Positions 41,001 through 53,837 of a stretch of 64,000 nt of DNA are shown here, piece by piece (position 1 is the stretch's first letter; every line of letters starts with the position of its first letter). A program made the translations under genes and the position numbers. The notes below the pieces were generated by a model. It saw only the letters and a list, made by a program, of their open reading frames with translations. It had not been told where the DNA came from and ran no database searches. This DNA is from Octopus vulgaris. Lineage: Eukaryota. The stretch is taken from NCBI GenBank assembly GCA_951406725.2, contig OX597837.1:29822001-29886000 (forward strand), written 5' to 3'.

Positions 41001-41742
41001 TATTATTATTTCTTTTTCAGATGGATTATTTACAGTGGATTATTATTATTACTATTATTATTCCTTTTTCAGATGGATTATTTACAGTGGATTATTATTA
41101 TTACTATTATTATTTCTTTTTCAGATGGATTATTTACAGTGGATTATTATTATTACTATTATTATTTCTTTTTCAGATGGATTATTTACAGTGGATTATT
41201 ATTATTACTATTATTATTTCTTTTTCAGATGGATTATTTACAGTGGATTATTATTATTACTATTATTATTTCTTTTTCAGATGGATTATTTACAGTGGAT
41301 TATTATTATTACTATTATTATTTCTTTTTCAGATGGATTATTTACAGTGGGTTATTATTATTACTATTATTATTTCTTTTTCAGATGAATTATTTACAGT
41401 GGATTATTATTATTACTATTATTATTTCTTTTTCAGATGGATTATTTACAGTGAATTATTATTATTACTATTATTATTTCTTTTTCATATGGATTATTTA
41501 CAGTGGATTATTATTATTACTATTATTATTTATTTTTCAGATGGATTATTTACAGTGGGTTATTATCATTACTATTATTATTTCTTTTTCAGATGGATTA
41601 TTTACAGTGGATTATTATTATTATTATTTCTTTTTCAGATGGATTATTTAGAGTGGATTATTATTATTACTATTATTATTTCTTTTTCAGATGGATTATT
41701 TAGAGTGGATTATTATTATTACTATTATTATTTATTTTTCAG
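38098..41742 (+). repeat. 52-bp minisatellite array (about 70 units) containing the gene 2 terminal splice acceptor motif
   Basis: Unit gtggattattattattactattattatttctttttcagatggattatttaca repeated continuously. The last unit runs directly into exon 41743. Confidence 0.95.
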
Positions 41743-42116
41743 ATGGACCGACTAATTTACAGTGGATAAAAGATGAGAGCCAGGATCTAGGTAACATCAA
41801 ACTGATTAATGGCAGTTACATTGTTATACCTCAAGATGGGATTTACCAAATAACTTGTGCAGTGCAATTACATTTTCCAGTTGGTGCTCCGCCAGCAGTT
41901 ACAACCATAATGTTGGAGAGAAAGAATAGTGAAAAAGATTATGTGTTCATGAAGAAAAGTTCAAGTTCTTTAAACATAACGGAACATGCCATGATACAAT
42001 TATCATTTAGATACAAACTTACAGTTAATGACGCAGTATTTTTGAGGATGAACCAGGCAAAATTCATCAGCCCCAATAAGCCCTCTAGCTTTTTGTATAT
42101 GAGCAGGTTAAACTAA
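41743..42116 (+). CDS. TNF-like ligand gene 2, terminal exon (THD-like); spliced CDS 981 nt = 326 aa
   Basis: ttttcag acceptor, phase 1. Encodes DGPTNLQWIKDE..IVIPQDGIYQITCAVQL..PNKPSSFLYMSRLN*. It is 374 nt like the gene 1 terminal exon, and the four exons sum to a multiple of 3. Confidence 0.82.
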
Positions 42117-42699
42117 TAATCATCAATGAAATGTTGTTTTGTGATTTAAATTTGAATCTGTGTTTATGTTTAAGCCCTACTTTGGAGAATTCCACTTGAG
42201 TTTATCCTTTTTGTTCTTTGATACTTGATTTAGTTTTTCTTACCTTAATAATACTAAAACTCTATGGATGTTTGTGTGTAACTGACATATTTCAGGAATG
42301 ATATATTTTATCTTTTCTTGATGAAAATACATGGTTTCCGTGACATCAACACACATACACTCATACAGAATACATATAACGAATGTCATGTCATGTCAGT
42401 CAACACAAACACCTGCTCGCTATCTGTGACATATACACACACATCGTCTTTACGCTCTCTAAGAAAAAAGAAGAGTTGATGTACACAATATTTCAATTTT
42501 TTTTTTGTACACAATATTTCAATTATTAAATATATTTTTAACTGAATGTGATTTCATCATCCAGAGTTTGTTAATTTCCATGGAAAGATTTTATTCATTT
42601 ACTTTTGTTTTAAAGTGAGAGAAAAGAGAAAGTGAAAAATTGTATGTACATGTATATGAAATGGATGTGTGTGTGTGTGTGTGTGTATGTGTATGAAAA

Positions 42700-42732
<33 letters not shown>

Positions 42733-42809
42733 CAGAGTAACTGAAGGGGTGTGTTGTCATGTATATGTACAGACAGCAATACATATGTGTACATCTTTTT
42801 AGTATGTAT

Positions 42810-43400
42810 ATGTGTGTGATACCTCTGTAATTATTTGTATCTAAAGCGTTACCTTCACCTTTGTAGCAGTTGACTATAGTGCTGCTACACCAGTGATTGA
42901 GCATGACTCCTTCGTGTATCGCCTGGTTAACTATACAGGTGACGAGGCAACGAGGCTATAGCCAACACAGCCAGATATTTTAAGCATCTCTGCAGTGATT
43001 CCTGATGGACCGGGGGCTTTCCCTGTCTTCATACTCTTAATTGCTTTATCTACCAAGGTACTGTCAACTCAGATAGCTGGTCCCTCTGTTGGGTCGACAT
43101 TCGGCAGACTCTCTTTCTCCCATTCATTTTCTTTATTGAGCAACCTCTCATAGTGGCGTCTCCAAACCTCTCTCTTTGCAGCCTCATTTAATGCAAGTGA
43201 ACGATCATCTATGTGGGCATAGGCCGAGATATTGGTTGCTAACCCATGATGAAGTACTAATCTAATCTTAAGTATTCTGTTTCATACCCTGACAACCTCG
43301 ATTACCTTGTCCACCTATTTCTCCACAAGAAGTATACCCAAGCCCCGACCCCGTCAATGTTCCCTGCCCAGAAAAATCTTGTACCTGTGTTCTTTGCCTG
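42810..43400 (-). mobile_element. RTE LINE ORF fragments
   Basis: MKTGKAPGPSGITAEMLK and NCYKGEGNALDTNNYRGI motifs. An APE N-terminal piece (LRVDTLNVDTLKGR) lies at about 43905-43960. Confidence 0.75.
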
Positions 43401-44745
43401 TGAAGAACCTAGCGGAACCTCCTCTCCATCTTACTTCTTGGATGCAGTACATATTGACACATCTCCGTTCAAGCATCTCAACAATCTCACCAGCAGGAGT
43501 GGCTGTGTGGTAAGTAGCTTGTTTACCAACCACATGGTTCCTGATTCAGTCCCACTGCGTGGCACCTTGGGCAAGTGTCTTCTACTATAGCCTCGGGCTG
43601 ACCAAAGCCTTGTGAGTGGATTTGGTAGACAGAAACTGGAAGAAACCCGTCGTATAAATGTATATATATATATATATATATGCATGTGTGTGTTTGTGTG
43701 TCTGTGTTTGTCCCCCTAGCATAGCTTGACAACCGATGCTGGTGTGTTTATGTCCCCGTTACTTAGCGGTTCAGCAAAAGAGACCGATAGAATAAGTACT
43801 GGGCTTACAAAAGAATAAGTCCCGGGGTCGAGTTGCTCGATTAAAAGGCGGTGCTCCAGCATGGCCGCAGTCAAATGTCTGAAACAAGTAAAAGAGTAAA
43901 AGAGACCTACCTTTCAGTGTGTCGACGTTGAGAGTGTCAACCCTGAGGGTGTGGGAGTTATGGGCCTGTGAGACCCTGGGACGGAGGACAGCAGCGTCAG
44001 GTACCTGAAAAGAAAGCTCGCATTTAGCAGAATTCATAAGCAAACAATAGCTTTCAATTCAACCTGCATACACTACACTATCATATTTTTGCACTATATG
44101 ATCACTACCTTACATAGGAGATAACCCTGAGTTGGGGGTATGGATGGCATAAAGCCTTTAGAAGTGTTCATGGGAGACAACTAAAGGATGACAGAGGATA
44201 GGAACTTTCGGTACAGGTGGAGGGGTGGGATGGCGGGCATACTGCGAACTTGCAAATTTAGATGAGTGCATCTTCTGGATATGTATTCCTTTGGTGGAGG
44301 CATTAATAGAAAAAAAGAAAGAATCGAGTAGGGGAATCTGAGTGCGTGCACTAGTTTATATAGGGTGGTGGTGGTGGTGGTGGTGGTGGAGGAAGTCTTG
44401 GCTAAGCGAGTGGTAATCGAAAGAGAGAGAGGGAGACAGACAGACAGAGTGAGGCCGAGAGAGGGAGATAGAGAGAGAGAGAGTGAGGCAGAGAGAGAGG
44501 GGGGTAGTGGTTAGAACATGAGGGAGAAAAATAATATTTTGGGGATTTGTGTAGCATAATTTAACGAGACAGAAAATGAGGATAATAGTAAAATAGAATT
44601 GAAAAATCTGAGAGTTTTTGGTCAGCCAGAGCTCACTTCACTGTCCCCTACTTTTCATCATATTCCTTAAAACAATAACTGGAATTTAAGACTTGTTGCC
44701 CGTGGGAACTCCTTTTTGCTGATGAAATTATTACAGGTGGATCTG

Positions 44746-45800
44746 TTATTGAAGGTTTATTATTTTTTGGCATTCCTCAGTCACTTTCTGTAAGATTAGT
44801 TCAACATTTTGATTCAATTTTGATAATATTCTTTTTCTAATTTCCATGTCTTCCATTGCTACAAGCCCTTTAACGAATATTAGACACTTGAACATATTTG
44901 GCATTAATTCTCCAAGCTTAAACCTTTCACAAGCCTTATTAACAATACCAGCATATGTTACCAAGTCGTCAGACTCATTCTTCTTTAAATTTAAACATTC
45001 CCACTGAATGTTAAACAGTAAACTTTTTCCACTAAAAATATTAGTCAAAATAATAAGAGTTACACAAATACTAGAACTGGGCGCCACTGCATAGTGCTAA
45101 GGACTCCAAATTTGCCATCAAGATGTAGGACAAGATACTGTGATAGCCTGGGCTTCAGAGGTCCACAGCTCTTCAATATCCCCCCGAAGAACCTGAGAGA
45201 CCTGCATGGGGTGGATGCAGATGTCTTTAAAATAAAACTGGATCTCCTCCTGTCAGGTGTCCCAGATGAACCAACTTCACGGCAGGAGGTGCAGATGAGG
45301 GCAGCTGCATCGAACTCTCTCATGCACCAAATGGCAATTGCTAAAAAGCATTCGTGAAGTAAAATCATGTAGCAACACCAAATGGCGGTGTGCCCCAGCA
45401 TGGCCACAGCTCGTGAGCTGAAACTAGATAAAATAAAATAGAAATAAAATAAATTTCATCGAAACACAATTCCGTGGGCTTTCTCAGCAAAATAAAGTTA
45501 CAAAAACTTTCGTGTTCCAGGGGATCAAGTTTTTGCAAAAAGAGCCTTATCTTCCTTTCACTAGACCATCCCTTGCATTCCCTTCTAAATATGTCTCTGT
45601 ATCGTCTGTAATATGCAGTAAAAGTAGTTCCTTTATCTGGTTTGTACTGAAATTCTTTGATGGAGTTTGCAACACCGTCCACTGAAAATGATTCTGTTGC
45701 ATTTCATGACCGCAGTAACAACTCTGTTAACTTCTGTAGTTGCTGCTGCTGTTCTTCTTGTTGTTCTATGACTGCTTTCAGTAACTCCTTCCATTTCAGT
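44746..45800 (-). mobile_element. Gypsy-like LTR retrotransposon gag relic split by a LINE 3' fragment (about 45070-45450, +)
   Basis: FQYKPDKGTTFTAYYRRYRDIF..KLDPLEH..FDE and FNIQWECL..YAGIVN..FKCLIFVKGL form a continuous Gypsy gag-type sequence either side of a CR1-like GPQLFNIPP..FKIKLD insert. Confidence 0.7.
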
Positions 45801-46109
45801 ACTATTCTCAGTTTCAATGTTGTTTGAATCCTTGGTACTGTTCGAAACCTTGACACCACTGTTGTATCAGTGGCGATATTGTCCAAATCCTCGTCGCCAC
45901 TGTTGCATTGCACATTCGATGTATGATATAACAGGATAATAAATAACATCCTCACAAACTGTTCTACTCAAGATACACAATACTTGTAATTACGCTTGAC
46001 AATATGCAACTCTTGGCTTACACAACTCACTGACTCTCTCTGCACATGTCGATTTATATTGTGGCTCAGTCCATTAGGAGCCAACCAAATAGGAGTGTTC
46101 TACTTCCAT

Positions 46110-48035
46110 ACCACAAAGCTCTACCATCTTATGAAGCAAGTTTATGGGCCTAAGAGCTCTGCATCAGCTCCTTTGCCCTCCATGGAGTATTCTACTCTAT
46201 TCACTAAATCAAGAGAAATCACAGGTTGCTGGATTGAACTCCTAAACCACGAGTCAGTTGTGAATTATTGATACTATGCAACAAAAAAAGCTATCATCGG
46301 CTCCTTAAATTCCATGCCTTCAATAGATGAGGTAATGACAGCAATAAGTAAATTGAATTTTGGTAGGGGCACCTGGAAGGGATGGAATTTGTGCTGAGGT
46401 TTTGTGATTTGGTGGTGATTACATCATACAGTCTCTTCATGAACATATTAGTGTAGTCTGGAGGGATGGTGCAATGCCTAAGGACTGGAAGGATGCAATT
46501 ATTCTTCCTCTTTATAAAAGAAAAGGAGCCAGAATAATGTGTGGTAACTACAGAAGTATTGCTCTACTATCAGCTGCTGGCAGGGTTCTGACAAATATTC
46601 TTCTTACCTGCCTGAAGGGGTGTCTCGTAAATGATGTCCTATCTGAATCTCAATGTGGCTTCCGATATGGTAGAGGGACAATGGATACGATTTTCACAGC
46701 AATACAGATGCAGGAGAAGTGCTTTGAGCAGAATACGGATCTTGTCCAGGTATTTATTGATTTAACGAAGGCCTTTGATACTGTGAATAGGGCTTTTCTA
46801 TAGAAAATACTTGGCAAACTTAGATGTCCGGATCACTTTGTATCTATAATTAAATCATTTCATGATGGGATGAGGCTTGGGTTAATGCTGGTGGAGGTAT
46901 GGTTGAACCCATTCCTGTAGAGAATGGTATCACACAGGGTGACATCCTTGTCCTAACTCTCTTTCTTTTTTACTTTCCTACTGCTTTTACTCATGCTTTT
47001 GCTAAGGTTAGCTCTCTTGGAATATATGTCAGGTATTTATCTTCTGGCTGCCTCTTTAATCTGTTGCCGATTTGCTGCCAATTCAAAAGTTTTCCAGTCT
47101 CTTATTCGTGACCTCCTTTTTGTAGATGACTATGACTTAGTCACTCATACAGTGGGTAACATGATAAAATACTTATGAATCATATAGATGCTTCCTGCAA
47201 GGCATTTGGACTCAGCATTCGCCTGGACAAGACTGTTGTAATGTTCCAGCCTGCACCAGGAAATCCATATGTGGAACCAGCTATCTTGGTTGTCTACCTG
47301 GCAGCACACTCAGCTGTTCTTGCTCCGTGGATGATGAAATATCTTTCAGGCTACAGAGAACAATTGGTTCCTTCTGGTTTCTGGAGCCTCATGTCTGGTC
47401 CCAGCATGGCATCACAAGGCAAACAAAAATTGCTGTGTACCATGCATGTGTACTGACATTGCTCCTTTACTCATGTGAGACATGGACCCTTTACAAACGT
47501 CATGTAAATGTCCTTGAACGTTTCCATCAGAGATGTCTGAGACACATTCTGAATGTTGGCTGGACCTTAAAAACTCCAGACACACAGGTCTTGAGGAAAG
47601 CTGATCTCTTGAGTATTGAGGTGATGGTGCACAAGCACCGGTTACGTCGGACTGGACACCTTATTAGAATGAAGGACAGCAGAATCCCTAAACAGATGCT
47701 ATAAGGGAAACTTGTTAGTGGAAAGGGTCATCAGCAAAAATCAAGGCTGTGATTTAAGGAGTGTCAAGTCCTCATTAAAGGCCTGTGATAAGCAGGAGAC
47801 TGACTGGGAGAGCAATGTCTGTCATTGCGACAGATGGAGGAAGCAGGTTAAGGAGGGGGTCAACACCTTTGAAAAAGCACATATTCTTTATGAAGAATTT
47901 AAGTGTGCTGCTTGAAAGTACACTGATAGCATAGCGAATGGGGAAGGCTTGGTTTGCAATGTTTGCAGTCGTGTATGCTTGTCAAGAGCAGGGTTCATTA
48001 GCCACCAACAAAGCCGCAAATGCAAAATATAAGTT
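46110..48035 (+). mobile_element. Degraded RTE (BovB-like) LINE ORF2 3' half
   Basis: PKDWKDA..LYKRKG..NYRSIALL, SQCGFR, FIDLTKAFDTV, FVDD, LLYSCETWT..FHQRCLR and a terminal C..C..H zinc finger. Multiple frameshifts. Confidence 0.88.
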
Positions 48036-49273
48036 AGTCCTAGAGTGCACAATGTTCCTAAAGGTCAGCAATGAGTCCTAAGTAATGCTGGCTTCACGTT
48101 TGAGCAAAATGTGTCAAAATTGGTAAAAGTTATGGTTGAAAATGAGGTGTAGCCAATTTTAGTGGGAAATCCTATGAGGAATCGGTTTATCAGTTTTTTA
48201 TCCTGATTGAATGAAAAACCCCATATATATACATATATACATACATATACATAATATATATATATTATATATATGTATGTATGTATGTGTATATGTATGT
48301 ATGCCTGTATATATGTGAAATAATAGTTTCAGTATTAAAGTGAAACTATTAAAGTGAAAGTATCTGACATTACAATTAGGCCTTGAAAACAGTTTTATAA
48401 AACCGGTTAAAACCGGTTTTATATTATGACTTGCTAAAGGTGACCCACTCTACGTGTGGGTGAGGCTGTGGTTGTTACTTTCTCTTGCTTCCTTTCTGTT
48501 TCTTATCACCACATTCTCCCTCTTTGTTTCTCTCTCTTTTCTCACTTTTCCACTCTCTTACTCTTCCTTTCTCTCGGACTCTCCCTCACTTTCTCTCACT
48601 CTTTATCTTTCTCTATCTGTCTCTCTTCCATTTATAAAAAATTAGATTTCTGTGTTTGAATTACAAATCCACTTCCACTTTACCATGTTGAAAATTTGAT
48701 TGAAATCGGGTAAAAGGTGTCCGATCTAGACCCCGCCCAAGTGTCTCCCAAAATCGGATCTTTTCCTTTTGAATGGCAGTTGTCAACACAGTTTCTAGTT
48801 AATTAAACACTTTTAAACTTTGTATACTGGTAGAATGTGTCAAAATAAAAGACATTTTTCTCTTGGCTTTCTTGAGAAAATTGTAATTTGTAAGTTTAAC
48901 GTAGTTTAATTTTTCAATTTTAACCAATCAATGGCCTCTATTGAGCTAAAATCATTTGTTGCATCTAAAACTGAGACAACATCCTGTCACTAACTCTAAC
49001 ACTAACCCTAACCCTGAATTTTAGCCTTTCGTTTTTTTTTTCTTAATTGTTAAATTAATTTAATTGTTACACGTGTGTCTAAAATTATTTGTTTTATTTT
49101 TGTTTTGAGATACACGTGTAATGTTTAAACAATTTTCCATTGCTTAAGAAAAAAGAAACGAAAGGCTAAAACGAAAGAAACGGAAAATAATTTAAACAAT
49201 TAACAAACAAAATAATTCTATAATTTTATACACGCGCTTTCTGTACGTAAACATAATAGTGACAGGATTTTGT

Positions 49274-49690
49274 CAGAAAGTGTGCCTAAAGCCAGCTGGA
49301 GACGATGATCTCCTGGGGCTAAAAGCTACAGTAACACCTATCCTTAGTGGTTAGCCATATTGAGATGGTTAGTGTACTTTACGTTGTCGAGCGGTTACTG
49401 TTTAGATCTCTTTCAGAGATTTATTATTCCTTGCAGACAGTTTTTCGAAATCAGTGACGGAAGTTACTAGAAAAACAATAAGTATTTGCAAACAGGTCTC
49501 CCTTCATCGTAAACCGGTGATTGCTGTACGTTGACAAGAGGCAAAAACCTAGAAACTGCAGTCCGTGCGTATCACTTAGGTTTACGAGAGAGGGATGACC
49601 TCCCTTTGCAAATACCATAAGGGCACAGAAAGTGTGCCTAAAGCCAGCTGGAGACGATGATTTCCTGGGGCTAAAAGCTACAGTAACACC
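49274..49690. repeat. 65-bp direct repeats enclosing a long imperfect hairpin
   Basis: cagaaagtgtgcctaaagccagctggagacgatg..agtaacacc at 49274-49338 and 49626-49690. Inverted arms at about 49482-49616. Confidence 0.7.
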
Positions 49691-52600
49691 GACCCTCTTT
49701 TTTTCTAAATTGAGGAAGGGGAAAAAAGAAATTTACAATGTTTTTTTCAAAAAAATAATAATAAACATATACAAAAATTAAAAAATAAGTATACCGATAG
49801 ATTGTAGAGTCTTTATGCTTTTTGAGTTCAATATTTGTCCTTGGAAAAATTTCTTTGGAGGATTAAGATCCATGTGATTAAACGTGGTGCTTAGTTCATG
49901 GTGTTTGTTAAATGAATGTCAAAACAGGAAATGGGGTAGGAGTTATCCAGTTCCTGTGAGTAAGGGGAGACAACTCTGTGGATTTTATGCTCTTCAATTG
50001 GGATTATCAATTTTTTGTCAGATAGGATGTTAGAAAAAAGGAGTATGGTTATCGTGGAGTTTGCATATTAAGATGCGTTTGGAATTTTTAAATAAAAAGA
50101 TTCTCCTTGTTGATTCCTTCTTAGCCACATAGACTCGTGCGCTAAAGACAAAAATCCTAAATTTCACATATTCCCCTTGTACCAATGTAAAGACGGAATC
50201 GCTACACCAGAAAGAATCAAACACATTCACCGGTAAAATTTCCACTTTATTCTTATTTTTACTTTCCTAAAATTTTCATTGCATCTTGTAACCTTTTCAA
50301 TAGTTTTGACTCTTAATACTATTGTATAGGTTGCTAGATGTAACGAAAATTTTAGGAAATCAAAAATAAGAATAAAGTGGAAATTTTACTAGTGAATGTG
50401 TTAGATTATAAGGCACAAAAAGAAAATGACTCTCCCCAGACACAACAGAATTATTATTATTATTATATATACTTATATATATATATATATATATATAATC
50501 GAAATTGAAATTGAACCAATCCTATGATTGTCACCTGGCAGATGCCAGGACCCCTGCACTGGTGGTATGTAAAAAGCACCATCTGAATCATGGCCGAAGC
50601 CAGTGCCGCCTCGACTGGCTTCCGTGCCAGTCACACGTAAAATGCACCAATCTGACCGTGGCCGTTGCCAGCCTCGCCTGGCACCTGTGCAGGTGGCACG
50701 TAAAAAGCACCCACTACACTCACGGAGTGGTTGGCGTTAGGAAGGGCATCCAGCTGTAGAAACACTGCCAGATCTGACTGGCCTGGTTCAGCCTTCGGGC
50801 TTGCCAGACCCCAGTTGAACCGTCCAACCCATGCTAGCATGGAAAGCGAACGTTAAACGATGATGATGATGATGATGATGATATATATATATATATATAT
50901 AAAAGAAGTTTGAAAACACCACTATATAAGATAAACTTTAATTTTCTTAGAGATTTTACATGTTTCAGTTCTTGAAAAAACGAACCTTATCAAAAATACT
51001 TTTAAAAGTTAAGTGTAAGGAAAAAGTTCATAATTGTTTCTTACTAGTCTCAACAGAGTCCACGTGATGGGAAGTATAATGGTTGTCTTGACTAGGTTCA
51101 TTGGCTGTAATTGTTAAAATGACCAGTGGCCAAAATAGTAGTAGTAGCAGTGGCTGAGGGTTGTAGTAGTAGTGACCGTGGTGGTGGAGGTGGTTGGAGT
51201 TGCAGCAGCAGTGAGGGATGGGTGTGAGGGGAGAATAAGATTCAATGAAGATGGCATGAATAGACAGTCCTCCATAAAGATTTCTAGGAGAGTTGAATTG
51301 GAAATTCCAACAGAAATTAAAGTTCCTGTAGAAGCTTATAGATAGAGACTGAGTGGGAGTAAATTGAAATTTATGATAGAAATTGAGTATTATGGTAGAA
51401 ATTGAAAGATGGACTGGTAAGAGAGATTGACAGATTGTTAAATGAGAGAGAGAATTCAAGACAGAGAGATAAATTGAAAGTGAAGGACTCAGGTACTGAA
51501 GGAAATCTGATTAAATTATAATGTCACATATGGATGGAAGCACTCCGTCGGTTACAACGACAAGGGTTCCAGTTGATCTGATTAGTGGAACAGCCTGCTC
51601 ATGAAATTAACGTGTAAGTGGCTGAGCACTCCACAGACATGTGTACCCTTAACGTAGTTCTCATGGATATTCAGTGTGACACAGAGAGTGACAAGGCCGG
51701 CCCTTTGAAATACAGGTACAACAGAAACAGGAAGTAAGAGTGAGAGAAAGTTGTGGTGAAAGAGTACAGGAGAGATCACCACCATCCCCTGCCAGAGCCT
51801 CGTGGGGCTTTAGGTGTTTTCACTCAATAAACGGTCACAACGGCCGGTCTGGGAATCGAAACCGCGATCCTACGACCGCGAGTCCGCTGCCCTAACCACT
51901 GGGCCATATATGTAAGGCGTAGCAATAATAACAATAATTAAGAAGAGTGAAGAATGGGAATAGAATAAATACAAAGATAAGCAAGTTTGCTAAGTGGTTT
52001 TAGTTTTGATGTATTGCATAAGACCAGCAGAAGTGAAACTATATATGTATGGATATGTATGTGCATGTGTGTGTATGTATATATATGTGTGTGTGTATTG
52101 CATGTGTATGTGCACTTGTGTGCATGCATGCATGTGCTTGTGTGTGTGTATGTGAGTATGTGGGTGTCTTCATGTTAGTGTGTTTTTGTGTATGTCTTTG
52201 CATGTGTGGCTTCAATGGGATTGTAGGAAGAAGAGGTGGTTGAATTAAAAAACGTAGACTTTTCGTATTTAGTAGCATTTAGTATCATGTAACCGTATTT
52301 CGTCTGCCGCTTCATTCTGAGTTCAAATTCTGCCGAGGTCGACTTTGCCTTTCATCCTTTCGGGGTCGATTAAATAAGTACCAGTTATGCACTGGGGTGA
52401 TAAAATCGACTCGATCCGTCTGTCTGTCTGTCTGTCCCCTCTGTTTTTAGCTCCTTGTGGGTAGTAAAGAAATAAGTATCTTTGGAAAAGAACTAAATGA
52501 ATACCAGACAAAGTACAAAGAATTTGATACAGTCAAATGTAACTATCCAGAAAAGTGCCTCAACATAACCACAAACCAATAATTAAAATTGGTAACAGAA

Positions 52601-53406
52601 AAGAAGAAATCAAAAGAATCTCTTACCCACAAGAGGTTTTACAGTCAAAGAGAAACTCTTAAAAAAAATGATTGACTTGTGTTTAACCCTTTCGTTACTG
52701 TATTTATTTTGAGATGCTCCGTATTTCTTTCAATTACTTTAAATATAACAAAGAATTTAGTACAATAACTTAGTTATCATTCAGCTAGTGTTAGGAACAT
52801 AAATTGTAACTAAGGTTTGGTAGAAGATTTTAATTCAAAACTTATGAAAACAAGACATTTGTACTCAGAGCCAGAGCCAGTTTCAGCTGGGTTGGTAATG
52901 AAAGGGTTAATGATGATGAAGTTTCTTTTACTGAATTCTTCATTATTTTAAAAATTAATAGAAATACAGGCAGTGTATTTAAACAAAATGGATAATAATG
53001 ACAAAATTACTTAACTAAAATTCTTCAATATTATTAGAATTAACTGAAACAAAAGCAGTGCATTTCAGCTGAAATATGGTAACAAAAGGGTCAAGGGTCA
53101 AATTGGTATAAATTAAAACCTTCCAATAAAATTTCATGTTAATTTATTTTAATTTATGTTAATTTATGTCCCAAACACTATAACTGTATTTATAACTGTA
53201 TTTATTTTGAGATGCTCTGAGTTTCTTTCAATTACTTTAAATATAACAAAGAATTTAGTACAATAACTTAGTTATCATTAAGCTAGTGTTAGGAACATAA
53301 ATTGTGACTAAGGTTTGGTGGAAGATTTTAATTCAAAACTTATGAAAACAAGACATTTGTACTCAGAGCCAGAGCCGGTTTCAGCCGGGCTGGTAACGGA
53401 AGGGTT

Positions 53407-53472
53407 AAAATAAATGACCCTCAATAAAATGAGAGTGCTGTCACTCACATTTTATTGAGGTTCATTTATTTT
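53407..53472. other. 31-bp inverted repeat (hairpin) overlapping the gene 3 stop codon and AATAAA
   Basis: aaaataaatgaccctcaataaaatgagagtg-ctgt-cactcacattttattgaggttcatttatttt, with 2 mismatches between arms. Confidence 0.85.
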
Positions 53473-53837
53473 CAAAACGGTGATAGACAGGTGGCTTGTG
53501 TGCTTGTCAGGGCTGATGAATTTTACCCTGTTCATCTTCAGAAAGATTCTGTCATTAGCTTTCAATTTGTATTTAACTGATAATTCTATTGGCTCATGTT
53601 TTGTTTTATCTAAGGAATGTAAAGTCTTTTTCTTAGATTCAATCTTTGTTTCATTCTTTGTGTACAAAGTTAGGAATAAATGAAAGTCTGGTGTATCTTC
53701 TGAAAAATAAAGTTGTACTACAAATTTTATGTCATAAACTCCATCTTGTGGTATAGTAATATAGGTTCCATTGATCAATTCTATGTCGCCTTCTTGCTGG
53801 TTCTCATCTTTAATCCACTGCAAATAAGTCATTCCCT
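53452..53837 (-). CDS. TNF-like ligand gene 3, terminal exon (THD-like); spliced CDS 567 nt = 188 aa
   Basis: ttccatttcag acceptor, phase 1. Encodes EGMTYLQWIKDE..ITIPQDGVYDIKFVVQL..SPDKHTSHLSITVLKINEPQ*, a clear paralogue of genes 1 and 2. Confidence 0.82.

Noticed and set aside
38098-41742. CRISPR-like array
   Set aside because: Units are head-to-tail with no unique spacers, the context is eukaryotic and there are no cas genes.
37897-41755. Long hydrophobic ORFs up to 544 aa (MDYLQWIIII...)
   Set aside because: Translation of the 52-bp minisatellite in all three frames, not independent genes.
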